Shown in pieces: positions 1-13,100 of a stretch of 64,000 nucleotides of DNA; positions within the stretch are counted from its first letter, which is position 1, and each line of letters opens with the position of its first letter. The notes under the pieces were generated by a model. It searched no databases and was not told where the DNA came from. It saw nothing but the letters and a program-made list of their open reading frames with translations. Source of the stretch: Lingula anatina. Lineage: Eukaryota; Animalia; Brachiopoda. The position numbers and the translations under genes were made by a program. Where the stretch lies: positions 43,192,788-43,256,787 of the forward strand of contig CM120640.1 in the NCBI GenBank assembly GCA_051362555.1, read 5' to 3'.

Positions 1-599
1 GGATCTTAACTAAAATGTTTGCTTGTTTTGCCCTGTGACCCGTAACATTTTACGGATTACCTTTTTTATTTACTTTCTTTTCAAAAAGACTATGGGTTTC
101 TTACTGCCTTCTGTGTGTTTTTTTTAAAAAATGACAGAAAAACTATCATTATATGTCAATAAAAATCCCGAGTTTCTATACCAGCGCCAGATGTCTCCAT
201 AGTGGCGCGTTAGAAGCCCCCCCCCCCCCCCCCCAAGTCCTACCCTGTACCTCTATCCTATAGTCTCAGGCCTGTTTCCAGTCAGATAATCAGAGATTGG
301 TCTAGCCAACTAAACTGAACTCACCCTAACGAGGCATTAGTTGTTAAAACACGTATCAAGATCAAAATGGGTTTGTCATCTTTCGCCGTCTTAAACCCAC
401 GATCTCGATTTCTGATAGTTTTTGAAGGTAAAACTTGAACACGTTTAAAAATATGCCATGTCACCCCCTATTTCTAAATCCCTTACAAAGCTACTTATCT
501 TTCCTAATTCAGATTTTAAGAGCGATAACCCACCACCACCACCACCACTTGAGCCCCCCCCCCCCCCCCCCCCCCCCTCAAAGTGATGTTGACACTGAA

Positions 600-3170
600 C
601 ATTAACTGAAAAAAATCTTTGTATATTCCTCAATATTCTTATCGCACTCTAAAATTATCAGTGCCTTTCAAATATTCGGTCCCGTTTTTTGTGGTCGGCC
701 CAGATATTTTGTTCATGGTCAAATGTTTTGAGGTGAATTCCAAGTAGAGAGAATGGCATTCGAAATGTATCCGTACTGCACTATGGCTGCATTCCTATTA
801 CTTACATACATATTGATCCACAGCTAAGTAATGCAGCTGGAATGCACATCAAATATGCCGTCGGAATATTTTGATTGTGGCTCGAATCTGGGTCGAATGC
901 AGTCTCAGCGTCCCGGGAGGCCCTCGAATGAGTCAGAACACTAGCGAATTGAATATAAATGCGGTCAGCTGCCGCTGGAACGTCAGTCAGAATTGAGGAA
1001 TTGCATGGTCTCCTAACAGCACGTTATGCTGCCAAGGAAGAAGGTGAAGGCCAGGGTGAAGATCGAAAACTCCTCAACATGCAGTGACATTGGATGGGGA
1101 AGAGGTGCTGCAGCCCAATTAGCCCCTGAAGAGCCAGCTTCTATTGTTGATGGGGCCCCAGGACCTTCAGTGTCTGAAGCTGAATCAATAGCTTCCCAGA
1201 TGTGCACAATGGCCGCGATCCATCTGCAAGCTGCACAATCATCCTCTGACAGTGATAATGAGCGTCCTCCCAGTGAGGCTACTCAATCCCACAAGAAGCG
1301 AAGGAGGGAGATGGTGACGGCTGACTTCACCGAGCGGCAGGAGCAGGAGATGGTTGACTGGCTCCAGGCCCCCGAGCAAGATTGCCTCCTCAACAAGAAG
1401 CACCCTAATTACATCAAGAAAGGCTTAAAGGACGCGCTGTGGGAGCAGAAGGCCAGGGAGATGGACAAGACCAGTGACCAGCTGAAGAAGTGGTACGTGA
1501 ACATGAGATCAAGGTTTGGCAAGTTGAAGCAGGTTTTCCCAGGTTCGGGCAGCAATGAACTGACTGCAAGAGACTGCTGGATCTTACGCCACTTTGAATT
1601 TCTCAGGCCCCATCTCATAGTCCAGGTCAAAAAGAGGATGTCTGTAAGTGTAAATAATATTTCATTTCATTATTTTCATGTTCTCATTTTCATGCTTTTG
1701 GCGAAATTGCGACAATTGTTCACGTGCTTTCACATTATTTATGACTATTTCTTATTACTATTCTTCACCAGATGAAGGCTAAGGTCCGCGCCCGGGCAGC
1801 TCAGGCTGAAGCACCACGAGTTCCCCAGTGTGAATTTGAGTCTGTTGGCACTGATCATCATCCCCTTGCAGCCGCTCAGCTTGATGCATACACTCCCTTG
1901 GTATCCATGCCCGGGGCTTCTAATCACATTGAGGCTACTAGGGGAAATATTGCTGAAATGCAAAGACAGATTCTGAACGAGCAGAACAAGCTCTCCAGGG
2001 TTGAGAAGTCACCAATGCATCGACAGAAGGACATCTTTGCTGATTTCATGAAGGAGGTCACCTACACATTCCCTCCCACCATGTGGCTGAGGTTCCAAAG
2101 TGAAGTGAATAGCCTACTGCAGAAGTACCAGTTAGAGCTCCACCAGCAGACCCCTATGCAGACTCAACAACTGTATCAAGATGATGACACTTCTCGTCCA
2201 ATTGTGTGCATGTATTCTCCCACACCTATTAAGCAGAATGAGATGTCAGAATAGGGTACAGGGAGTCAGTAGTAGTTACATTTGTCTGGTATTGTGACAT
2301 GGGGCGAGATGTGGTTTTGACTTTTTTATATTTCTTTTTCTTTTTATATCCGAACATTTCAATGAATTCTTAAAGGGATAACAACTGTTCGTGTGATATC
2401 CATATTTTACAATAAATACTTTGTAAACAACTTAAAGAAATATAATATATTCTATTTTACCACAAAAACGGCAGTTAAATCAATTATTCTGAAATTCTGT
2501 GCTTGCCATCGGACCACGTGACCTCCATAGATGACTATACTCTGTAAAAATCTCTTAAGAGATTATTTAAAAAAACTTTCTTAGAAAAAAACCAGGGACT
2601 AACTTTGAATGTAGAAATGGATTCATTGACCATTGGTAAGTATTGAAAAATTGTCGTTTACCACAGGAAAATTCATTTTTTTGGCCAAAATGAATAGTTG
2701 TTATCCTTGTAATATTGTATTTTGTATGCATCTTATCTTTATATTTACTCTTTCGATGAACAGCATTTTTGTTTTATTTGTAATATTTTTATGAAAATGC
2801 CATGGAATAAATAATTAAAATTTACAAGGGACAATCGTGTCACATTCTTAGTACAGTCGGAGTACATTGAAAGGATTCCAGTGTGCATAGGCCTACTATA
2901 AATTACAACCATTATGAATTCGAACAGCATTCGAAACATTTTCAGGCCAGACTTCTGACGTACTTTGCCAGCAATCAAACCACACTCGAAAGGCATTCGA
3001 AGTGTTTTCTCAATATTCTGTCTGCATTCTAACTGCATTCACATTATGCCCGCTCTTTCCAACTACATACGAGCTGCATTTGAAAGCTCATATTAACCTG
3101 AAATGCGCAAGAATAAATCAGGCGAGCTCGAAGCGCATTCCTAATACTTCAGCGGCATTTTTAGAAATCT
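600..3170. mobile_element. Diverged Harbinger-related sequence flanking the MADF gene; ends not resolved
   Basis: About 600-760 is a diverged reverse complement of about 3670-3810 (shared TCTTTGTATATTCCTC and ATTCCAAGT.GAGA). About 2915-3080 has inverted matches to about 3350-3620 (AACAGCATTCGAAACATT; ATACGAGCTGCATT). The same GAATG/CATTC motif density occurs on both sides of the gene. Confidence 0.55.
1026..2254 (+). CDS. MADF/Myb-SANT-like trihelix DNA-binding protein with C-terminal BESS-like motif (Harbinger-type second ORF), 2 exons, 366 aa
   Basis: Exon 1 is 1026-1643 and exon 2 is 1772-2254, joined by a phase-0 intron 1644-1771 (TCT|gtaagt ... ttcaccag|ATG) that fuses the two track ORFs in frame. 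MADF-like tryptophan spacing: EMVDWLQ...CLLNKKHPNY...KDALWEQKAREM...LKKWYVNMRSRFGKL...W...FEFLRPH. BESS-like segment: KDIFADFMKEVTYTFPPTMWLRFQSEVNSLLQKY. Confidence 0.85.
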
Positions 3171-3174
3171 GTAA

Positions 3175-3855
3175 AGCCCACGTCACACTTATTCGGAATC
3201 AGCAGAATGAGCCGGAATGAAGAATTTTCGAAATTCCCACCACATTCGGGAAGAAATATCAAATTGACCTAAATTCTTGCAAGAATACCGTTTAAATACT
3301 CAGAATGCGCTTCGAATCGATTCGTGCACATATTGTGTGTATTATCTCTCTAATGCAGCTCGTATATATGTTGCTGGAACACTAGGAATATCGATAATGC
3401 TGTCAGTCGGAATATTTAGAATACACTTCGAATTCCGTACGAGTGTAGTTCGATTGGTGGCCGAAATAGTATTTCGCCAGCAATCGAGATGCATTCGAGT
3501 TGTATTCCGGCTCATTTGAGGATGATGCGGAACATTCTGGCAAGATATGAATTCGAAGTGTCTTGACATTTCGGTTCTCCCTCGAATGCGATCAGAATGT
3601 TTCGAATGCTGTTAGAATGCCGTAAGAATATTACAGTTAGAATGCACTTAAAATGTCATTCGATATTTCTCCACTTGGAATGCACTGCGAAAGTTTTGAG
3701 TATCAGCAAAACATCCCGACCGGACAAAAGAATGGGCCCATATATTTGGAATGCACTCAGAATTTTTATAACGCAATTCAAATATCGAGGAATATACAAA
3801 GAATTTTCATTCCGACTACATTCTAGCTCAGTCTGCCTCTAATGTGACTAGGGTA
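3175..3855. mobile_element. Non-autonomous PIF/Harbinger-type element (MITE)
   Basis: TAA flanks both ends (3172-3174 and 3856-3858). Imperfect TIRs AGCCCACGTCACAC... / ...TGTGACTAGGGTA extend about 60 bp (CAGAATGAGCCGGAATGAAGAATT vs reverse complement TAGAATGTAGTCGGAATGAAAATT). Interior is rich in GAATG/CATTC/TTCGAA motifs. Confidence 0.75.
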
Positions 3856-6563
3856 TAAGAATTAAATTCATTTTCTAATCCCCCCTCCCCTGAAATGTTG
3901 TATGAATTTTGAAATGTCTTCATTCCCGCTGGTTCTTTCCGATTCCTCCCATTAAATATGGGTTTGGCGGGGGTTTTAATCATGTCGCAGCAACAACCTT
4001 CCTATTATGTTTTAAAAGGGTACAAGCAATATTTCAATATAAAGGGTTATTTGATCTTGAATCATAGTGGGATTGAGTATATTTTTATAAATCAAAATAC
4101 ATTTTGAATTACATTGACGGATTTGATTGGTGGTCAATGCAACTTTGTCATCATTGTGTGCTCCTGACAAGGTCTTGTCTTGAATATTTGACTCTGTACA
4201 CACTATACATTAAGAGCTAAAAACACGCGCACAAGGCTATGGCATGTGCCAAAAACATTTCAACTAAGTAATTGCAACGCGCTGCTGTTTTCGTAAAGAT
4301 TCTCTGTTCTTGTTTTGAGTTGGGAAAAAATAACGCCTTTCTTTGTTCTGAATGTTATCTCTCCGGTGTTGACGACGGGGACGCCTTGAGCAGCCCGTAA
4401 CACCCATGTAAACAATTTATGCTTTTTATTTTTGTAGATTATAACGCAAATACAGGTGTTCCTAGTTACGAAGTTGGTGGTTGTTGGGGCTGAACATTCC
4501 AAAGATTTATGTATTTGTGATTAATTTTTCTGAATCATAATAATAAAAACACCTAGAGACTGGTGCTCACTAGTCCGTCTTTTCATATTGAAGGATATCC
4601 ATCAATCTCTCAGGGTTAGTTGATCCATATTTCCTCTTCTGTTTTTTCTTTTCGATAGTACTCCAAGTTGCATGTGCCTTTAAAATGGGTGAAAATGACA
4701 TTAAATTGCTACACTAGAATCTGCATTCTCTCTTATCACAGAATCAGTTATTTGTTTTTATAGTACAAGTTTTCTACGGACGCACAGTGTTCTGAAGATT
4801 CCATCTGTTCCTTAAAAGTCAGAACGCACAGGAGAGAAGAGTGGCAATACCGGTGTTACATTACGTAAAAGAAAAACATAGTTCTTTTCTCCATAAAATA
4901 AACCTTATTGCTGTGCCAAATATTTAAGGTATGATCCAAATGTGGTGCCCTCTTCTTCCCTATCTAGACAAAAACTATAATTTATGGCTGAAATCGTCGT
5001 CATATAAGATTTTAATAAACTAGTTATTGCGAATCAAAATAGGTATTCAGACGGGAACGTTGAACTCGAGCTAATAACGGGACCATGTTGCACTGTAGGT
5101 CAAACTGAATAAAAACAAACAAGCACATTTCACCGTTGTTGAGGTTATTTTTGCAGCCTTAGCCTGCTGTGATATTGATATCCTTTCGCCTTGCTGATAA
5201 ACATGTTATTCAACGTCCGTGCAATCTTCTTATTTTCTTCTTTTTAATTTCTTTCTAAGCTATAAATCAAGAAATGTCAAATGTCAAATTCACTGATATT
5301 TAACCGCCAGTGAATCACAAACACACACACATGTACAAGTTCCATATATAAAGTCATAATCTCTCTCTCTTTCATGCACACACTCATACAAACACCCACA
5401 CGCACGCACGCACACACACACATTTCTGTTACAAATGTAGTTTTGGACGATGTACACACGGTTATTACACTTACTCTAATTTGTACTTTACGTGTTTTTT
5501 CACAAACATCCGTCCGATTCTACGCCCGATCTTTTCCAGATGACTACTGTTTAGTTAAGTATGCTTGTAATATTCGGAATTTTCATCTTCAAAAACTTTG
5601 TATACAAATCCATGGCGCGTGATTAGCTGAAAATATGACAAACTAAGGAAAAGGAAGCAAATCGAATTTGGATAAAACACAAGAAACCGCTCACAAGGCA
5701 GTACAAATTTTTCTTAGAATAAAAACAAATTCTTCAGAGAGGAATTTCTCAGAAAACGAAATTAAGAGGAGTTCGGATTTAAAATACCGGTGAAATGCCA
5801 TGGTTCAAAACAAGATTAAGTTCAAGTTACCTGCTAACATGCCATAGACAGAATGATAAGTATTTCTTGGCATCGTTCTTGGATAAATTCTAACTGCCAG
5901 CGCCTAAAATTTTATGAAATTATTTGCCATAAAATGTCGTCATACGATTAATAAAATGTATAAGAGAGAGGGAGAGAGAGAGAGAGAGAAAGAGAGGGGG
6001 GAGGGGGAGAAGAGACAAATCTTGTATTCCAGTACCAAGAAACACAAATGCAGTGATACAATTTTCACATTCATTTATTGGTTTAATATGAACATTTCTT
6101 AGCCTTTACGAACATATTAAGATGAGTGACAAATGGAGTGGTCTGTGATAACTGTGAGGTAGATGAAAATGAGGAACCTTATTATGCAAATGTGTCATTT
6201 GCATGTGTCAACATATCTTACACAAGCACCTTGATATCGTCCATCTGTGATATGACGTTCATTTAGATGACAATGGTTATGATGTGGATTACGATAATTG
6301 AGACGAATGATATATGTGTCACGTTATAATTTTACATAATTCAACTTTACAGCAAAAATATAAATAATTTGTTTCACCAAAGTTTAAAGTTACCTATATT
6401 GGACACCAGTCATAAAGTACCGTGAACAAGGTTCACCTGTCGAGAATAGCCACCTGTCATTTTCGCCTGCCATGTTCATGAAATATTAAGTGACAAGATA
6501 AAATTTCGTAACCAGCAACTGTGACATGTACTCAGAGATAAAGTGCTCGTGCACTGTACAGTG

Positions 6564-6577
6564 GTGCCACCTAGTGG
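6564..6577 (-). promoter_or_regulatory. Candidate CTCF-binding site
   Basis: The minus strand reads CCACTAGGTGGCAC, matching the CTCF core consensus CCACYAGGKGGC. Motif match only. Confidence 0.35.
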
Positions 6578-7127
6578 TCACAATGACACGCACATAGAGA
6601 TAGCAAAATTGGTTTATCTCTCAACGTCAGAGGTATACACACCGCTCTGCAGATGTACTTAACTATGACAGCTTTGAGATCAGAAGAAAATGATAAATAA
6701 GCTCAGCCCTAATCATTCTTCCATAAGTAGGTGCAATTTTGGATAATTAACCAGGTTCACAGAGTGATTCAGATGGCAAATACATCACCAAGCGCTTACT
6801 CACTGCAAGCGGGGGCTACTTACAACATAAACATATGATTGAAAAGTGAGCGAATCAGCTGATTTTTTTCTAACGTCTAACAACACATGTTTTCTGCCAA
6901 GATTAGTCTCTAGTTCTGAAGCACTGCTCGACTTGCGTAGGGAACTCTTTGTGTTCAGTAATCACTCTTGACACCCCGTCTCTTAGAAGGTTTAACTATT
7001 TCAAGGGCTCTGAGTTTGTAGCAACGCGAGAGTGCCCTCTCTGCAGAGACTGGTGTCCCTTGGACAACAGTGTATCACATACATTGAGCAACGTTGAATG
7101 GAAATGAACCGGTTGTGAGGAACAGAC

Positions 7128-10100
7128 TTATATCGACGGTTTCCGTTTCACGAGGTTCTTCCCAAACATTGACTGGATTGCTTTCGAAACACTGTACAGT
7201 GAACTTTTCCTCCTTTTCAGTGAGTTGAGTTTTTGGTTTTGCACCATTGTTACGATTTCTTTCATCAGTCCTGTGAATGCAATGTGCACGCTTACGTAAC
7301 AGTCCGCTGCCGACACTTCGTGGAAACGGCAGCCGTATTCCAAAGAGAGTTCCTGTCCTTCTTCCACCTCCACCTCCCGTCTGTGGTCTAAGTCTGTTTT
7401 GTTTGCAATCAACATGACGGGAACGTAGGAGGGCGATTTCAGTTTTTGTACTGTGCAAATAAGTCTTTTCGCTTCTTGGAAGCTACTTCTGTCGCATATG
7501 CTGTACACCACGACAAACGCATCCGCCCACACTGCTAATGTTTCTGGAATTGGCAGACTCTGGTTCTGCAAAGGAAAAAAGTTGTTGTTTATTTTCATTT
7601 TCTAAATGACATTTTGACATGCTCTACATTACATTTACATAGTGTGTTCGCATGTTTCGTGTTCTGAAACGTATCTCATAAAGTTTAAAGCGTTAGATTA
7701 TCAGTCATGTTTGCAAACTATGAGATATGACAGAATAACAAGCGCTCTCCCACAAAGTTTAATCACTCCATACAGCTGGTACCTAACTGCTTTAGCAGAC
7801 GAACGCCAGAATGGCGACACGCTACTCTTAGGGGCGATCTTTTCACTGGTGACACATTGCCGTACCAGACGATAATCTGAAGGACAACAAACTACTCGAG
7901 CAGATGATCATAAAACCACCTTTGCTTAGGGACAACCGAAGACCCAGGAAGAGTGAACCCATGTCTTTAAATGGCCTGTAACTATTTTCCCGTTTTGCAA
8001 TTCTTGAATTTCTTTTCTGCAATGCTGCACCATAACATGCAGAGCAGACGATGCTATTCACCTTACGGCTAACCCTTGTTATGATGTTAAAATTCCCCCA
8101 ATGCTTTTAAACCCAGTCAAAAATGAATGCTTACACCCAAGTTTTAAATTATACTCCAAGGCAATACAAAACATAATTTAAACAAAATTACTCTACCTGC
8201 TATTTTTTTAAACCTGGGAAGCTAAATCAACAAACACTTAAAATTTAAACATGGGACAAGGTAATAAAATATCTTGCTGGCAGGGGGTATCAAAATACCA
8301 GGTAGGCATTCAGTTTGATAAAGTGAACTGCCCCATCATTCATTCCAAACAAAGAGACAATAGAAAGGCGAATGAGAAAGACGCTATATTACACCTGTCT
8401 ACCAGGTGACCGCCATTAGCATGTAGAAAGTATGTGACTACCGCGCAGAGGACGACCCCCGGCTCTCCAACTGTCCAGATTCACATTCATCATCACGTTT
8501 TTCAGTACCAAAGGCATGTGCAATACCCATTGTGTCTTTCTTCCTCAACTTCCAAATAAAATAATTGAATTCAAAAAGTTGCCAATTCCTCAATGCAGAT
8601 ACGAGGAAGTTTTCAAATGCTAGGATGTGTATATTGTTAAAGGAAATCAGTTTTGTGTGGAGGTGGTGGTGGTGGGCCATTAAAAAACAGTCCGTCACGT
8701 GCCAAGACGAATGAAATCAATTAGTACCAGGAAGGGATAGCAGTGAGGGAGCGCTTATCTAATTACGGCATTGGGAAATAACTGTAAATAACCATCGTTT
8801 GGCCTCGTGCGGTACTCACCTCGGGACACGAGCAGTCCATCACCTCGATATCGACCTGATTTTCGTCAATCTTCGTATTGTGTCTGTAGACCATATCTGG
8901 AATATAACAATGAGAAACACTACAGTACAGGCATTTTGGCAATTTTAAACAATCAAGATGAACAAACTTAACAATAATTAAGATAAATTGACAGCTTTTC
9001 GTTTTTATCAAAGCTCAACAATCGTACAATAATGGGGCTTGTATTGAATGGAGACTCAGACTTATTAATCTCTCTTTTTTTGCTTAAAACTGCACACATA
9101 TTTTCAGTAAGACAAACATATTGACAATCGCTCAAGTGTTGTAGCACGAAAGACTGATAAAAATATGTGAAGATTTTGATTAATTTCCTCTATTCAAATA
9201 ACATTAATAATTTGCGGCCTGGAAGCGACGGTGTTTGTTTGTTCAGCTCTCACGATGGAAGATTACATAAAAAGATGTTATACTGATGACCGGGCCCTAA
9301 TACTTATGCACTATCATCTCACCCGTAATGGAAAAACAGAGCGAGAAAAAAAGGTTAAAACTGGTTTCCAATAAAAAAATGCAAGAAATATCTATTACAT
9401 ATAAAGGCACGTTGTTCCCATTTGCCCTTACCCTTATTGTGCACAGACGCCTTTAACTGGGTATGCCAGAATATTTAACTTACATTACACTTAAACATTT
9501 AAGAGAATCCGCACCAAGGACGCGTTACGTTGGCCTGTACCAGTGTTTCATTCTTAAGGAATATTGGATAATCAGTATATAAAAAATAACCTATTAAATT
9601 TAAAATGACTCTTAACTGCACTGATCATTAGTTCAAAGTGTTTAAAAGGTCCGATACTTGTACTTTAAGGTTATATTTCCTCTTTAAAATTGGTTTTTGA
9701 TTAATGTAGTGTAGGAAGCCAACATTAGTCATAAAATTAGGTATACGATTTATTACAAAACAAGAAAAAACATCTCGGCAAATCATGACACAATATTCGC
9801 TCTCTCCATCAAATAATATTTACCCATTTAAGTAATTTGGTATTGGGTTTAAATGAGGTCTTGTGTCAAGACGAATTATGTAATGATAGTCCACTTCTTT
9901 GTAACGAAAAAGAAAAAAAACTCTCGTAACTTGTTATTCGTGTGGTTTCTACATAACTCGGATCCATTACCAGGCAGTTGCAGGGGGCCGGGTCAGACAA
10001 GGTTTCTTTCGGACAAAAACACACGATCAAAGGGCCTTAACGGTGGAGAGAGGCTTTTAATAAAAGTGGAAATGGAGCTTTAAGCTTTTATGAGTCTAAC

Positions 10101-13100
10101 ATTAACGCGCATAATCTAGGACGTATCTTTTACACAATAAATTTAAGCGAACGATAATTGAAGAAGAGTTGTTGTTATGCTTCTAAAAAGAGGCCCTTTT
10201 TTTCAAGGTTGTCTCGTTGTCAGGTGAAAGGACCCCACTTTTATTGGAAGTGACGGTGATCGCCTGTTTTAGTTACGACGAGGTCGTCTTCTTCAATTCT
10301 TTTTATGTTCGGATCAAATGATATCATATTAAAGAATTTTAATGGAAACAATATCAAATTTTTCTGCAAACAGACAAGTATTTATCACCCCCTGCCTCAC
10401 TCCGTCCATAAATTTACACGTCATTTAATTCAATCGAACACAAAGAGTAACAAGACACTCCATTCACACGCATAATATCCATCTACATCTTGAGGACATA
10501 TCACTGTGTGTTTCACCACAAACAAAATAAAACATACAAAATGTTAAATGAAGCTTTGGCACTTTTTATAACCCAGACGCGCAGCTATCTGGCCGTGTCG
10601 CCAGTCCCTGGATAGTCTACAAACGCTTACTGACTTCTGATTTGTTGTGTTACGCACTTCTAACTTGACTACAATAAAACGTTTCTAAAGACCCTGCTGT
10701 GTGGATGGTTGGAGGTTTTTGTTGTAAGTTGTGTGACGTCTTTTAACGAAGATACGAAAAGGGCAGACGGCATTGTTTTACATTTGGCTGCAAGGGGTGT
10801 TGTAAACTGTTCAATGCGCGGCGATGCTTTTTCACGTAACTGTAAATACTACAAATACTCAAAGTTAAATACCACCATTGCTATATAACTACGTTCCTAT
10901 CAGCACAATCAGCCTTCGGGTGTTGCAGTTATTCACGTTGCGCAATTAACAAAGATGCTATTTCGTACTTTTTGTTTTGTTGATTGGGAAGGTGCACCAA
11001 AGGGCCGACCCCTTGTGCCCTTGGCAATCTGCCGGTTAACTTTACCAGGGAATTATATCAGTTAGTTCACATCATCAACTTATAATCCTGTGATCCAACT
11101 ATATACACAAATTTTATTAGGTTATCGCAGATAGTTATAAGGTCCACAAGCCATCCTCTGCAAGGGGTAATAATTGACCCGTGCCCACGCAGAAGACCAC
11201 TTGCAGGCCCTTGGTATCTCACAATATCACGGTCGGTCAGAGTAAACGGGGAGGGCCCAACGGTCAAATATCTCCATGCGACTGTCCACCGGTTCCAACA
11301 TTCTTATCAAAACACCCCAGGGTTAATTTCAACTCTCATACAAGGCCCTCGAGAACGGGAGATTTTCCACACAAGTGTTTTTTCACGGCACATGAATCCC
11401 TGTGCTGCATGGCACGGAAGGCCTGTATTGGGTCTGCAAACCACTCAAAGCAACAGACGTGACACCAGCTTTATTAGACTTTGGGATTAATGTTATTAAA
11501 GTCTTAAGACATATCAATACAACGATAAGCATCGCAGCTGGAGAGTTTTGTAATCTATAGTCTTACCTTCGCTTGAGTTGTATTCTCCTATAAACCTCTT
11601 TGTCAAAAAACGCACGGTGACAGCTACAATGAAAAAGAAAAAAAAAGCATATAATGGTTGATCTGTCAGAGTCTTAAATATCGCAAAACACAAATATTTA
11701 CAATGATAAGTTATGAAAGCTATCTGTATCACTACAGGGAGCCTTCAATGGTACATCAGTCAAAACACTCGAACCCGCGCTTGCACGATAACATATTTTC
11801 ACTGAATGAGGAAAATTGACAAATTATCGGTGATGGTGTGGCCGACATAAAGGGAGGGGGTAGGTGGATTGAAATGGCACAGATAACCTGTCACGATACC
11901 AAGGACAGATGGGAAGGGTAGACGATTAATTGCTTATTAATGCTTTTTACCCCTGACAGCTCTTTCCGGAAATATTTTACAATTACGGCGTCGAAGTCCC
12001 CCACGATGGAAGATGTCAATGAATTCATTGTCTTTGTTGTTTTTCACGTTTGGAATTAATTACTTTGTACCAGATTCCGTGACTTTGATAAAACGAATAC
12101 GACGTTTCCGTTTGTTTACTATGTACGTGCACGCCACGTGCCGTGATTGACGTCTGACAACAACACTAACTGTCGTCTGCTCAATGCAAAATTTTAATGA
12201 CAAGACGTTTCTCAGTCCTAAGTTTGTTACCATCGACTAAAACTCTTTTAATTTGCTGTGCTTTAGGTCAAGAATTAAACATTCAGTGTTATCTTGTTCG
12301 AGACCCTACAATCCCCTTCTGGTTCATTTCTGTACATAGGCCTATCTACATCTTTTGTGAATGGGAGTATCCCTAAATACATGTATAGAAAAACAATCCA
12401 AATAGCTCAATGTGCATAAAGATTCATCAGCAGCACCCATTGTGTTTACTTTAAAATGCCTCGAATGATAATTGGTTGTAATTATTTTCAGCTACATTTT
12501 GGGGGTATCCACTTCATCATCTTGTTAACCTAGAAAAACACCAAAATAGACGACAGGAAAACGGCGAAAATGTGTGACTAGTATAAAGATGTAGCTGGTG
12601 TTTAGTGCTGGCGTCAGCTAAACGATCCCTGTTCGTGCAACCAGGGATCTAACGAAGCAGTTCAAAGTCTTTTTCATGACGCCCATGGCCACAGGGGCCT
12701 TGAAGTTAATAATCCTTTTTCTCCATGTACGTGGAGATCTCTGTAGTTATGATTTTGCAGAACAAAGACATCTAGAAGGTATTGAAATTGCACAATGATC
12801 AGCGATCAGGACCCATGCTCACGATTTGTTAATGCGGTTCAAAGACTTTTTGTTTGTTCGTCTTTAGCAATAAATGCTGTTTAGCCTCTCCTTGAATGCA
12901 GTTCGAAAATGCGATTTGTGCGATCAACAATATTATACAACTGTTGTAAAAGAAAAATGGGAAATCAAAATCTGACTTTTGAACACGGTGACGTACAATA
13001 TTGTATAAACTATAATTGCCGTAATAAAGTCCAGTCCAGACAGGTGTTGCGGTTTTTAACCCGTCTCCAAGCTCATTTACTATAAAAACGCACTGAGGAA

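Noticed and set aside
445-633. Gly-rich ORF (similarly the ER-, CV-, IY- and F-rich ORFs near 18.3, 29.7, 52.1 and 60.3 kb)
   Set aside because: These are translations of homopolymer or microsatellite tracts.
2745-3842. Several 70-100-aa ORFs, possibly a transposase
   Set aside because: No DDE motifs are present. The ORFs arise from the GAATG/CATTC-rich MITE sequence.
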